Source: a virus (lineage: Duplodnaviria; Caudoviricetes). Taken from it: a DNA stretch of 48,158 bases. Location: positions 1 to 48,158 of IMG/VR virus record IMGVR_UViG_3300005805_000133; one strand, given 5' to 3'. Below the pieces are notes generated by a model that had not been told where the DNA came from, made no database searches, and was given only the letters and a program-made list of their open reading frames with translations. Below, in pieces: positions 32,956-42,312 of this stretch. The position numbers and the translations under genes are program-made. Within the stretch, counting starts at the first letter, position 1, and every line of letters begins with the position of its first letter.

Positions 32956-33848
32956 ACTGCCATGTCAGCCTTAATCGCGTCGTGACTTTGATAGTTTAAT
33001 AACTCAATATCTTCCATACCAAAATCTGTTATAATAGATATTTCTGGATTCAACTGTAAACTAGGTAATGGCAATGGTTGTCTACTTAACTGTTCATTAA
33101 CTTGATCAATATGATTATTATAGATATGAGCATCACCTAGTGCTATAATAAGCTCGCCGACTTCTAAGTTACATACCTGAGCTATCATGTGCGTAAACAA
33201 AGCATAACTAGCAATGTTAAATGGCACTCCCAAAAACATATCAGCACTACGCTGGTACATCTGACAACTTAGTTTACCGTTAGCCACGTAAAACTGCGCC
33301 ATCATGTGACAAGGAGGCAAAGCCATTAGTTCAAGTTCACCTGGGTTCCATGCAGTAATAATATGACGTCTACTATACGGATCTTGTTTAATGCCTTCTA
33401 TTAGTTCTAATAGTTGATCGTGATTTTGCAGGACGACCTTATTAACACGTATTAAAGGTTTGCGCCATTTACGCCATTGTACGCCGTATATTCTTCCTAA
33501 ATCACCTTGGTGTCTTTGTAATCTTTTACCTACCCAATAAGGTGCTGTGGCATTGTCAGTCCATATAGTTTTTTTGTCTACGTAACGATCACCGTGCAGT
33601 ATTTCTCTTAGTCTAAACTCATCTCCGCTACCTTCTATAAACCATAATAGTTCACTTACTACAGATTTCCATGCAAGTTTTTTTGTTGTTACAGCTGGAA
33701 ACCCTTTATTCAAATCAAAAGTTAGTTGTATACCAAATAGACTTTTAGTACCTACACCTGTTCTATCCGGTCTATCGTGACCGTTTGTTAAAATGTTTCG
33801 TAGTGCATCTAGGTATTCAGTTTCTGGATGTGTCATTGTTATACTCAT
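32952..33848 (-). CDS. thyA: Thymidylate synthase ThyA
   Basis: DRTGVGT, ELLWF, YG.QWR, SRR, LPPCH and YQRSADMFLGVPFN motifs; an alternative start lies at 33836. Confidence 0.97.
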   Translation of the reverse strand: MSITMTHPETEYLDALRNILTNGHDRPDRTGVGTKSLFGIQLTFDLNKGFPAVTTKKLAWKSVVSELLWFIEGSGDEFRLREILHGDRYVDKKTIWTDNATAPYWVGKRLQRHQGDLGRIYGVQWRKWRKPLIRVNKVVLQNHDQLLELIEGIKQDPYSRRHIITAWNPGELELMALPPCHMMAQFYVANGKLSCQMYQRSADMFLGVPFNIASYALFTHMIAQVCNLEVGELIIALGDAHIYNNHIDQVNEQLSRQPLPLPSLQLNPEISIITDFGMEDIELLNYQSHDAIKADMAV

Positions 33849-34314
33849 AAATTTTATATTCTACTGGAGATTCAAATGATGCTATTTCTATTTTATTTTT
33901 GAACTTAGTTTTTATATTATCTAAATCTAGGAAAGAATCACATTCATACTGTTTGTTGATTTCAGTAACATACCATCTATCTACTTTATCAAGACATTGT
34001 TTGTACACATTCGCGCCGCCTATAATAAACAGTTCTTTATTACCGGCATAGATTTTATAGTATTCTAATGCGTCGTCTACACTTTGCATCCAAATATCCA
34101 TATCAAAGTCTACGCGACTAGAGACTATAATATTTTTCCTATTTGGTAATGTTCTTTTACCTAAACTTTCCCAGGTATTTCTGCCCATTAATATGTATTG
34201 TCCATCTGTCATGTTTTTAAACCATAACATGTCATAATGAAGATGAGGCCAGGGCAAAGAATTATTAATTCCAATGCCCTGGTTTGAGTCTACTGCTACA
34301 ATAGCATTAATCAT
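33817..34314 (-). CDS. folA: Dihydrofolate reductase
   Basis: IG..N.LPW....D, MGRNTWES, LPNR.N, IIGG and CDSF motifs; adjacent to thyA. Confidence 0.95.
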   Translation of the reverse strand: MINAIVAVDSNQGIGINNSLPWPHLHYDMLWFKNMTDGQYILMGRNTWESLGKRTLPNRKNIIVSSRVDFDMDIWMQSVDDALEYYKIYAGNKELFIIGGANVYKQCLDKVDRWYVTEINKQYECDSFLDLDNIKTKFKNKIEIASFESPVEYKIYEYNNDTSRN

Positions 34315-34927
34315 TAATGGTGGCTGTTACCTTCTTTACTCTACTTTTTGGTGGGTCAATAGCATCAGCTTCTTTTCTTAACTGCTGTGCCTGTTTAAAA
34401 AGTGCATCTGCCCTTGAGCGCATTTCTGCCGGAGTCATTGCTTCTGCTTTCTTTGCTTCTTCAATTTTTTGAGTTACAACAGTATCTTCGCCGGCATTTA
34501 CACTAGCACTAGTTGTCTTGCTAGGATCGTCTTTTTTCTTACCTGTATCTCCTGAAACAGCTAGATCTTCTAGCGATACACCCTTTTGTTGTGCGATCAA
34601 CTCGTTTAGTTCATCTAACTGAACACTTGCATTTGGACCTGGCGTTACCAGCACACCATTAGTAGGAACCTTTTTAAGGTGTCCTCTGGTATGCAGGAAC
34701 TCTAGCATATTTGATCCGTCGGGAAACCTTCTCACTGCTAGAATATCAGCCAGTTCATTAGCTTGTTGTCCACTTGATTCTTGAAGAACACTCATGAGTG
34801 AATCATGATAGCTTTCTCCTAATCCATTAGTACCTACCACTAATGCACTAAAGGCATCTCCTGGAATAGTTCTGTATACAATAACGACCTTGGCGCCGTT
34901 GTTCTTCATTTTACCCACATGTTTCAT
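34307..34927 (-). CDS. Hypothetical phage protein
   Basis: Start moved to the ATG at 34927 (MKHVG...), which has an AAGGAG RBS. Confidence 0.7.
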   Translation of the reverse strand: MKHVGKMKNNGAKVVIVYRTIPGDAFSALVVGTNGLGESYHDSLMSVLQESSGQQANELADILAVRRFPDGSNMLEFLHTRGHLKKVPTNGVLVTPGPNASVQLDELNELIAQQKGVSLEDLAVSGDTGKKKDDPSKTTSASVNAGEDTVVTQKIEEAKKAEAMTPAEMRSRADALFKQAQQLRKEADAIDPPKSRVKKVTATIND

Positions 34928-34937
34928 GTGCTTCTCC

Positions 34938-35159
34938 TTATTCAGCAGGCTGTGCTGGTTCTTCTTTTTTAGGTAATACAGCAACTAAAAAGGTGTTTAA
35001 CCTATCGTATACACTACCGATAGATGTCATTTCTGAGGCTTGAAATGCACCCCTGCGTACTGCTGTTTCTACAATAGCTCTAATGTTTTGTAGGTCCACA
35101 ATGCTAAGTTCTGGTTGAGCTTGCGGTGGTTGTTCTACTGCTTGTTCTTGATTTTCCAT
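34938..35159 (-). CDS. Hypothetical small helical protein
   Basis: ATG at 35159 overlaps the upstream stop (TAATG); AAGGA RBS. Confidence 0.65.
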   Translation of the reverse strand: MENQEQAVEQPPQAQPELSIVDLQNIRAIVETAVRRGAFQASEMTSIGSVYDRLNTFLVAVLPKKEEPAQPAE

Positions 35160-35452
35160 TACCAAATTTCCTTTTTGTTATGTAAATATGGACATCCTAA
35201 GTATAATAGCGTAACTTCTTTTGGATCTTCTAATCCTACTTCTAAGACGTCTACCAACTTATTTTTATCATCTATAATAAACCTATTTTTAAAAGCGTAT
35301 CTGCTTTTTAAGTTAAACATAATCCAATGTTCTATCATTCTAACATCGTATCCATGATCAACATGAATAGTCTTAAAATGCGCAGGAATAAAGGGCAACT
35401 TACGAAGCCCTAGTATTCCCAAAGGATTAACTTCACCTCTATTCAGCGGCAT
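35159..35452 (-). CDS. Hypothetical phage protein
   Basis: 97-aa ORF filling the gap; TATAAATA box upstream at 35466-35473 on the minus strand. Confidence 0.6.
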   Translation of the reverse strand: MPLNRGEVNPLGILGLRKLPFIPAHFKTIHVDHGYDVRMIEHWIMFNLKSRYAFKNRFIIDDKNKLVDVLEVGLEDPKEVTLLYLGCPYLHNKKEIW

Positions 35453-35464
35453 AATGTATATAGT

Positions 35465-36709
35465 TTATTTATAGTGAGCGGTCTGGCCAAATGGTGCAAT
35501 AATGGATTCTGCGCCGTGTACAATAAACAGAGTGTCGCAATAGTCCTCGTCACCCCAACTACCACAAGGATAACCGTCAGTAAACATAATAAACTTTTTG
35601 GGAGTAATACCTTCACGTTCCATAAAGGTCCAGTTTACTTGGAAGTCTGTACCACCACCGCCTGCAGGTTTGTAGTCTAAAATATCATCTGCGGTATCGC
35701 CTGTAAACTCTGCATAGTTGTATACATCTGTGTCAAAGCACCAAAGTTTAATGCTGAAATCTTTGTATTCATCCATAATACCTTTGATTTCACTAAGGAA
35801 GTCTTTAGCCATTGCGTCTGAAATACTACCACTCATGTCAATACCAACACAGATGTCAATAGTTTCCTCATTCATTAAACCTGGAAGGATAGCGCCGGAA
35901 TGTTGGCTTTTACGATTTGGGCGAGCGAAGCTAAAGTTACTTTTGATAAGACTTTGAATGTTCATACGTAACATTTGACGCCAGTCCATTTTAGGCTCTG
36001 TAAAGTCTTTGATTAGGCGTGCAACACCTGCTGGAACCTTACCTGCGCCGGCACTCTGGGCAGCAGCCACCATGGCCTCTTTAATCTCATCACGAATAGC
36101 CTTGCGCTCTTCTGGAGTAAGTTTAGGACGACCTTTCTTACCTTCTTCATCGCCGTCTCCTTCACCGTCTCCTTCACCGTCTAGGTGCTCGTCCAACAAT
36201 TCTCCTAGAGTAGTAATGTCAATCTTAGAGGCTTTTTGTTCTAACTCTGCATAAATCTGTTCGTAGCTCCAACCTCTATATTTGTTATCTTGAAAGATTT
36301 GGATCCAGGAAGGCACTTCGCCGATGCGCTCATCTTTAAGGATTTGATTAGCGGCATAGTCTGCGGCAATATTGGATAATATAGGATGACGACCTTCACG
36401 ACGACCCATATGATCGAATACATTATGTAACACTTCGTGAGCGAAGCCAAACTCTGCTTCTTTAGGAGTTAGCTTGTTGACAAAGTCGTTACTGTAGTAA
36501 AAATGGCGACCGTCTGTTGCCAAAGTAGGGCACCATTCGGTTGCGTCAATAAGTTTAAGACGTGTAGCAAGATTGCCAAAAAATGGATGTTTAAGCAATA
36601 AACCTACACGAGCAGTGACTAGCTTTTCTAGAATTTTATTCTTTTCTGCTGTCGTAAAATCACGCTTCTCAATCTTTTTAGTGCGTTCGGACTTCATAAC
36701 AGATGACAT
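35465..36709 (-). CDS. Zincin-like metallopeptidase + vWA domain protein (DUF2201-like)
   Basis: ATDG and HEVLH (HExxH) in the N-terminal half, an acidic linker, then MIDAS DMSGS, GGGGTDF and FTDGY; AAGGAG RBS. Confidence 0.9.
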   Translation of the reverse strand: MSSVMKSERTKKIEKRDFTTAEKNKILEKLVTARVGLLLKHPFFGNLATRLKLIDATEWCPTLATDGRHFYYSNDFVNKLTPKEAEFGFAHEVLHNVFDHMGRREGRHPILSNIAADYAANQILKDERIGEVPSWIQIFQDNKYRGWSYEQIYAELEQKASKIDITTLGELLDEHLDGEGDGEGDGDEEGKKGRPKLTPEERKAIRDEIKEAMVAAAQSAGAGKVPAGVARLIKDFTEPKMDWRQMLRMNIQSLIKSNFSFARPNRKSQHSGAILPGLMNEETIDICVGIDMSGSISDAMAKDFLSEIKGIMDEYKDFSIKLWCFDTDVYNYAEFTGDTADDILDYKPAGGGGTDFQVNWTFMEREGITPKKFIMFTDGYPCGSWGDEDYCDTLFIVHGAESIIAPFGQTAHYK

Positions 36710-36740
36710 TGTTTACTCCTTGTGTTTACAGTATATAGCT

Positions 36741-36769
36741 ATTATACATTCAAATGAGAAAAATAGCAA
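36741..36769 (-). promoter_or_regulatory. sigma70-type promoter for the peptidase-vWA gene
   Basis: Minus strand TTGCTA-17 nt-TATAAT. Confidence 0.7.
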
Positions 36770-36771
36770 GT

Positions 36772-36798
36772 AAAAAAAGGCCCTTGCGGGCCCTTTTT
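36772..36798 (-). terminator. Rho-independent terminator after the AAA+ ATPase gene
   Basis: Minus strand GGCCC-GCAA-GGGCC followed by T7. A T-run on the other side suggests it may be bidirectional. Confidence 0.8.
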
Positions 36799-37876
36799 AT
36801 TCCATTGCCTGGATAATGTACTTGCCGTACTGGTCATGGAACCTGTCAAAGTTCTTCAACTTACTAGCATCAAACGGTAGAGCATAATTCGTGAGCGCGA
36901 CTTTGGCTCCCATCACAACCAACTCTGTAGGGAAATTGTCCATCATAAAACCAAAGAACTGATCGGCCATTTCATCCCAACCTTTTACTTTCTTTTGATG
37001 CGATGACTGGAGCTCGTAGCACATACTAACAGTTAAGGAATACATTGCGGAGATTTCTTTTATGTCGCACTTTTTAACCTTACCTGATAAGATATCCTCG
37101 GGCTTAGGCATCTGTTTGGCAACTTTACGGTGTGCCATAAACTTAACAGCAAGGCCTTCGCCTACTGCACCTGCTACAAGGTCAGTAAGAGTACCTTCGT
37201 CTAAGTCATCGTCAGTAAGTAATTCGCTTACAAATGACCAGCTACGTGGGGTAGCAAAAGAACGGCTAGAACTTTTTGGATCAAAGTCGTAGAGATCTTG
37301 TTTGGCAAAACCAATGTAGCCAACAACCTGCTCATGAACTTTGTTACCAGTAGCCCAGTTCAACCAATCTTCGTAGTCTGTGCGAAGTTCTAAGTGAAGG
37401 AAACGATTAGCCAACGGAGCAGGCATACGATAAGTAACGCCCTTGTCAGTTTCACGGTTACCTGCTGCTACGATTGAAACACCTTTTGGCAAAATATAAG
37501 TGCCCACACGGCGGTTAAGAATGAGCTGGTAGGCAGCTGCCTGTGTCGCAGGAGCAGCAGAATTCAGCTCGTCTAAGAACAGAATAGCATTGCTATCTGG
37601 ATCAGTAGGAAGTTCGGACGGAGGCGCCCAACTCATAGTATTAGCCTGCGAGTTGTAATAAGGAATACCTTTAATATCAGTAGGTTCCCAAAGTGACAAG
37701 CGGACATCGATAACTGGACGATTGAACTCGTCAGCGATTTGTTTTACGATATCAGACTTGCCAATACCTGGAGGACCCCACATGAACACAGGACGCTGGA
37801 TTTTAATACACTTACGAATACTACGTTTAGCTTCGTTGGGTGTTACAGTGCGATTAGCGGACATTTGTTCTGCCAT
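36797..37876 (-). CDS. MoxR-like AAA+ ATPase
   Basis: Walker A GPPGIGKS, Walker B LFLDELN, AAGN, PLANRF (Arg finger) and TPRSW motifs; next to a vWA gene. Confidence 0.9.
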   Translation of the reverse strand: MAEQMSANRTVTPNEAKRSIRKCIKIQRPVFMWGPPGIGKSDIVKQIADEFNRPVIDVRLSLWEPTDIKGIPYYNSQANTMSWAPPSELPTDPDSNAILFLDELNSAAPATQAAAYQLILNRRVGTYILPKGVSIVAAGNRETDKGVTYRMPAPLANRFLHLELRTDYEDWLNWATGNKVHEQVVGYIGFAKQDLYDFDPKSSSRSFATPRSWSFVSELLTDDDLDEGTLTDLVAGAVGEGLAVKFMAHRKVAKQMPKPEDILSGKVKKCDIKEISAMYSLTVSMCYELQSSHQKKVKGWDEMADQFFGFMMDNFPTELVVMGAKVALTNYALPFDASKLKNFDRFHDQYGKYIIQAME

Positions 37877-37933
37877 GTTATCTCTCTAAAAGTTAGTTAG
37901 TTGGATATTGAACTAGTGTTTCAATATGTATAT

Positions 37934-37962
37934 ATTATACGAAAATTCTACTAATATGTCAA
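37934..37962 (-). promoter_or_regulatory. Perfect-consensus sigma70 early promoter for the AAA+ ATPase
   Basis: Minus strand TTGACA-17 nt-TATAAT with an A-rich UP-like tract upstream. Confidence 0.85.
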
Positions 37963-37984
37963 TCTAGTTTTGTTGTTTTTAAGC

Positions 37985-37992
37985 AATAAATA
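37985..37992 (+). promoter_or_regulatory. Putative late promoter
   Basis: AATAAATA, 5 nt before the ATG at 37998. Confidence 0.55.
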
Positions 37993-37997
37993 CCTAT

Positions 37998-38906
37998 ATG
38001 ACCACAATAACCGTTACTAATGGAGACTTAACAACTTCATCCATTTTCAGCGCAGGAGAAAGCGCCGCAGTGTATGTTGAATCCAAAAACTACCTATTAT
38101 ATGGAGACGTTAATCAAGTAAACTATAATGTAAACAGCGGAGATGACTTTGGCTATTTGGTAGGAACTGTGGCCACAATATATGATAGTTATGTGGGCAA
38201 ACGTCCAAATTCTGTAACCTTTATTGTCGCTGATCAAACAGAAATGCATGATCCGTCTTTGGCAGTTAATACTATTTTTTCAAATGCAGGTGCTGGTATT
38301 ATTGCAGGCACTACAGGGACTGGCATTAGTGTTTCTACAGGAACCTCTGCTACTAGTATATGGGCAGTTGGACAGGTTGTTAGTGCTATCATTCCAAGAT
38401 GGAACTGTGTTGTATTAGGTCGTATAAAGGAAGTTGCCTGGGCTAGTACCAGCACCTCTAATGTGATTGCAAATGGACAGTTCATCTATACCATAGAGTC
38501 TTATTCATCGAAAACTTCTACAACTTTGAGAAGATATAAGACCTATGAAAGATATGTGTTTAGTTCTTCTACAACAATGACTACATTGATAAACACTGGT
38601 ACAGCAGCAACTACCTTGCCCGTAAAAGTTAACCCTATTTCTATTAGTCCAGGATTCGTAGATGGAGACAATTTAATAGAAACCGGTGTAGTATATTCTG
38701 AACAGTTTAGTGCATCAGGAGGAAATGGAGGCCCTTACACTTTTTCTATCTCAACTGGATCTCTTTTTACAGGATGGAGTTTATCTGCCGCAGGCTTGTT
38801 GGCAGGAAATTCTCCTTCTGGAGTAGAAACTGCTACCTTTACTATTCAAGCACAAGATTCTGCAGGAACAGTAGGCACGAAGCAGTATGTAGTTACGACA
38901 TACTAG
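37998..38906 (+). CDS. Ser/Thr-rich putative virion protein with a C-terminal Ig-like (He_PIG-type) domain
   Basis: C-terminal G..YS.QFSASGG.GPYTFSI..GSL..G.SLS..G.L.G.....FTIQAQDS; lies on the late strand behind a TAAATA box. Confidence 0.65.
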   Translation: MTTITVTNGDLTTSSIFSAGESAAVYVESKNYLLYGDVNQVNYNVNSGDDFGYLVGTVATIYDSYVGKRPNSVTFIVADQTEMHDPSLAVNTIFSNAGAGIIAGTTGTGISVSTGTSATSIWAVGQVVSAIIPRWNCVVLGRIKEVAWASTSTSNVIANGQFIYTIESYSSKTSTTLRRYKTYERYVFSSSTTMTTLINTGTAATTLPVKVNPISISPGFVDGDNLIETGVVYSEQFSASGGNGGPYTFSISTGSLFTGWSLSAAGLLAGNSPSGVETATFTIQAQDSAGTVGTKQYVVTTY

Positions 38907-39279
38907 TCTTTTGACTTTCTGCTTTTGAAAATAAAAACTTTTTTATGTCGCCTGAAAACAGAATAAGCTGAATGGCCATTCTCTCTGTAAAAACATATAT
39001 GTCTTTATTAGTCAAATACCATGGGCTGTCTATAAAGTTATCCAACCAAATAATTTGTTGATTAGTATATTCTAGATCTTTTTCAAGACTAATTCTATGA
39101 CACTTAATGTCTGACTGCGTCAATGCTAAAAACCCTTCGTTTGTTAGTCTTAACCCACCTTTTTGCTTATTTCTAGTGCTGAACCACCACTCTCTTTGAT
39201 GTTTTTTGATGCTTTTTTCGTCAATATCATAACCTAACTGTTCTAATACATACTTAGTTAGATTAGTCTTTAAGTTCAT
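38893..39279 (-). CDS. Hypothetical phage protein
   Basis: 128-aa ORF in a tightly packed minus-strand run. Confidence 0.65.
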   Translation of the reverse strand: MNLKTNLTKYVLEQLGYDIDEKSIKKHQREWWFSTRNKQKGGLRLTNEGFLALTQSDIKCHRISLEKDLEYTNQQIIWLDNFIDSPWYLTNKDIYVFTERMAIQLILFSGDIKKFLFSKAESQKTSMS

Positions 39280-39562
39280 TTTTTATCTGTTCTCCGGTAG
39301 TGAGTTTATATACAGCAAACCGGTCAGTAGAAAACATTTTATTCAGTTTTTCTGCTAGGTTAAAGGCATGCCCGCTGTTTGAAAAACTAACTTTTTTGTA
39401 TTTAGGTCCGATCTGTTGAGCTACAATACTGCTGGTCTTAAGGTTGATAGGTTTGCCTTCAAAAAATACAGCCCATATTGCTTCGGCTTCTAAAACCTGT
39501 TCGCTTTTAAATGTTTTTTTATTTGTTACTTCTAATAAAATATTAGGTTTAGGCCTACTCAT
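39263..39562 (-). CDS. Hypothetical phage protein
   Basis: GGAG RBS spacing favours the ATG at 39562 (MSRPKP); a TAAATA box lies at 39590-39595 on the minus strand. Confidence 0.65.
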   Translation of the reverse strand: MSRPKPNILLEVTNKKTFKSEQVLEAEAIWAVFFEGKPINLKTSSIVAQQIGPKYKKVSFSNSGHAFNLAEKLNKMFSTDRFAVYKLTTGEQIKNELKD

Positions 39563-39607
39563 GTGCATCTGCTCCGTTAAGTATGCACTTATTTAGCCAA
39601 AATATAT

Positions 39608-39826
39608 TTAGAAGCTGCCTCCGTTAAACTTAACTTCTATGGTCTCATTGTTGGGTTGACGTTTATCCAGATTACCTGCCAGTCTTGTCATTACCACACT
39701 TAAACTATTTTGTAAATCTTCTACTTCCTTAATAGTTAGTGTAATATTTTTTTGATTTCCTTTGATGGCTATTCTCGCTTTAGCTAGAAAATCTTCTATA
39801 GGCAGTGTGTTTAATTGTTGGCTCAT
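39608..39826 (-). CDS. Hypothetical phage protein
   Basis: 72-aa ORF with an ATGA overlap to the upstream gene. Confidence 0.6.
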   Translation of the reverse strand: MSQQLNTLPIEDFLAKARIAIKGNQKNITLTIKEVEDLQNSLSVVMTRLAGNLDKRQPNNETIEVKFNGGSF

Positions 39827-40299
39827 AGTTTTTTATTGTTTATATTTAAAGCTATTTTCATTTCTTCAGATGTTTTGTATGGTCCATGAAACGGGTAGCG
39901 TTCTAGTGTAATCAATTTAGGACAAAAACTTTTTACCCATCCTTTTCTAAACTTAATAATATAGTATCCTGCACAATATTGACTTTTACTTTTATCACTT
40001 TTGGCAAATAAAGGAAGTTTTTTCTTTACATTGTAAACAGGTTGGTAGGGCTTTGACCCACATGGGAAGTCGTAGATTGAATAAGTATCTTCTGTTTGTA
40101 CATTTTTCTTTACAGTCTCTTCATGTATGTCAGTGCCTAGCTTACTATTAACTTCTTCGAGATTTTTGAAAGGTAACATTTGTCCTTTCTTGAATATAGC
40201 GTATCCTTTTTTATATTTTGATACAGAACAAATCTTTTCAAATTCGTTTCTAATCAACCATTCCTTATTAGGAACAAGAGTTTTAGTTAATGAGTTCAT
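39823..40299 (-). CDS. Hypothetical phage protein
   Basis: 158-aa basic ORF with an ATGA overlap to the RNase H gene. Confidence 0.65.
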   Translation of the reverse strand: MNSLTKTLVPNKEWLIRNEFEKICSVSKYKKGYAIFKKGQMLPFKNLEEVNSKLGTDIHEETVKKNVQTEDTYSIYDFPCGSKPYQPVYNVKKKLPLFAKSDKSKSQYCAGYYIIKFRKGWVKSFCPKLITLERYPFHGPYKTSEEMKIALNINNKKL

Positions 40300-41288
40300 T
40301 CACAATACCTTGCGTTAAGTGGTTCAGCATAACTTTGTACCTGTTCGCTGATTTTGTCTAAGTCGTATTCTGCACAAAACTTCAATAAGCGAACGCCTAC
40401 TTGCGGAATATTCTTAGTCTTGTGTTCTTCGGAACAGATAACATTGTCGATAATTTGTTTTATGTCGTCTGGTTGTGCAGTAAGGTCACACAATAATTTG
40501 TTTCTATTATAGTCGTCTAGTACACGATGTTCTACTCCATTGTGATCTACCCATTTTTGTAGCATAAGATTATTCCAAGAATATCCTTTGCTGTTACGGT
40601 CTGCGTATGCTTCTCTCAGTCCTATTTTATTTTTTGTACCTTTTTCCCGTACACCCGGATATGCACTAAAAATGTTATCGCTTGTGTCGCCGCGCATACA
40701 CTTCTCAAACAGTAGCCATTCTGGATCTGGAGCCGGTTTAACTTCTTTTGTTTTCTTATCAACTACAGGCCTGCCCTTTTCATCAAAGTAACCTTCGTGA
40801 GTAATGGTAACACTCATTACTCCATTATATTGACGGACATTAGGAGCTATGAGTTGTGCAAAGTCGCCGTCAGTTGATATAATAACATGGTTATCGTTTG
40901 GGTGTAAACGAATCCAACCTGCAATAAGATCATCTGCTTCTAGTTGCGGATGATGTAATACAGTAGTATTAGTCTTGTTTACTACAAAGTCTTTGAACTG
41001 ATCAAACGTTTCCCAGAACACACGATCTTCTTCTGCTTCTTTTGGTGTGTGAGCATCTCTAGCCTCCTGTCTATTACGCTTGTATGGCTCATAATAATCC
41101 TTGCGCCAGCTACGGCCTTCTAAGCAGAATATAACATGATCACCTTTGAAGTCTCTCCATGCTTTACGAATACTACCTAGAATGGTATGAAGGCTCATAC
41201 CCACTTTGTCGTTTAAACTACCTCTTACAGTGTGTCTGGCCCTAAAAAACGTATTTGCAGTGTCTACCAGTATGTATGTCTTAGCCAT
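40296..41288 (-). CDS. rnh: T4 RNase H-like 5'-3' exonuclease / flap endonuclease
   Basis: LVD, WRK..Y..YK.NR, LEADD, STDGDF.QL and GD.SDNI motifs. Confidence 0.9.
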   Translation of the reverse strand: MAKTYILVDTANTFFRARHTVRGSLNDKVGMSLHTILGSIRKAWRDFKGDHVIFCLEGRSWRKDYYEPYKRNRQEARDAHTPKEAEEDRVFWETFDQFKDFVVNKTNTTVLHHPQLEADDLIAGWIRLHPNDNHVIISTDGDFAQLIAPNVRQYNGVMSVTITHEGYFDEKGRPVVDKKTKEVKPAPDPEWLLFEKCMRGDTSDNIFSAYPGVREKGTKNKIGLREAYADRNSKGYSWNNLMLQKWVDHNGVEHRVLDDYNRNKLLCDLTAQPDDIKQIIDNVICSEEHKTKNIPQVGVRLLKFCAEYDLDKISEQVQSYAEPLNARYCE

Positions 41289-41695
41289 TAGCTAACCTCT
41301 GATCGTCCATTTCCTATGTTATTAACATTGATATATCCAGTACCTCTTCGGCTCATGTCTATACCCTCTTCGGTTGCAACATTTCTACAAAGTTCAGTGA
41401 ACCATTGGTTTACAATTTCTTCATCTGACTCTCCTCTGTATCCAGCACTGCGTAATTGTAACACAAAATACTCGTTCCAGTCAAGCTCAAAGAATCCGTT
41501 CCTTATATTGTCTTTGTTAACATGCGTGTTCAAAACACAGACCCATGGTTCTTTATTTTGAGTGGCCAGTTCTTTAGGACTAAGATTTGCCTGTTCTTTG
41601 GCAGCAGCCTCTTGAGCAATAGCTCTAGTTTCTGCTATTGCTTCATTCATTTCAGTTATTCCGAATATTTTTTTTAATGTATTTTTTAAGCTCAT
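41288..41695 (-). CDS. Hypothetical phage protein
   Basis: 135-aa ORF with an AGGA RBS and a TAATG overlap to rnh. Confidence 0.65.
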   Translation of the reverse strand: MSLKNTLKKIFGITEMNEAIAETRAIAQEAAAKEQANLSPKELATQNKEPWVCVLNTHVNKDNIRNGFFELDWNEYFVLQLRSAGYRGESDEEIVNQWFTELCRNVATEEGIDMSRRGTGYINVNNIGNGRSEVS

Positions 41696-41702
41696 TGGTT
41701 TC

Positions 41703-42308
41703 CTATAAATCTAACTTAGTAAGGGAGTGGGTTGATCCAAGTTCCCCTTTAATAAACGTATTAAATGCAAGACTAATTCTAGGGGACGATCCTTTATACT
41801 TTTCTACATAGTGTTCTATATATGAAGGAAAAAGCAATAAGGTTCCTTCTTCGGAATTAATTGAGTATTCCTCACTATTAAATGGAGTGTACCTTGTTTT
41901 TTCTATTAAAATATCTCGTTGTTTAGGATTTTTGAAGAATATTTTGTTATTTGAAGATTGTTGTTTTATATATAAAACTCCGCTTAGATAGCTATTAGGA
42001 TGATTATGTATATGATGATATTCTTCCGTTTCCGTAAAAGTTAACCAAGATTGTGTAATATATAAGTTAGAAGTTGAAGGCAAAGGGTCTACTTCATATA
42101 GGTATTTACTTATGCTGTCATCAATAAATTTTTTGATATGTAGCATTTCAATAGAATTTAAAACATAGGTGTTGCTACTTATGCTATTTGTTCCTGTGAA
42201 GACTTTTGTTCGATATGAATCTAATACAAACTGTATTTCGTTCGAACTAAATTGACGATTTATTTTATAAATTGCTAATGCAGTAGGGAATAAACCTATT
42301 ATAGACAA
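41703..42308 (-). CDS. 2OG-Fe(II) oxygenase-like protein (TIGR02466-type)
   Basis: LFPT, SW......H..HNHPNS.LSGV.Y and EG.LLLFPSY..H.V......RISLAFN motifs; TTG start with an AGGAG RBS. Confidence 0.85.
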   Translation of the reverse strand: MSIIGLFPTALAIYKINRQFSSNEIQFVLDSYRTKVFTGTNSISSNTYVLNSIEMLHIKKFIDDSISKYLYEVDPLPSTSNLYITQSWLTFTETEEYHHIHNHPNSYLSGVLYIKQQSSNNKIFFKNPKQRDILIEKTRYTPFNSEEYSINSEEGTLLLFPSYIEHYVEKYKGSSPRISLAFNTFIKGELGSTHSLTKLDL

Positions 42309-42312
42309 ACGA

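Noticed and set aside
32952-33848. thyA as a dCMP hydroxymethylase, or as host of a td-like intron
   Set aside because: It has the dUMP-specific Asn motif, sits next to DHFR, and the frame is continuous and of normal length.
36153-36182. 12-bp tandem repeat in the vWA gene
   Set aside because: It encodes the ordinary DGEG acidic linker of this family.
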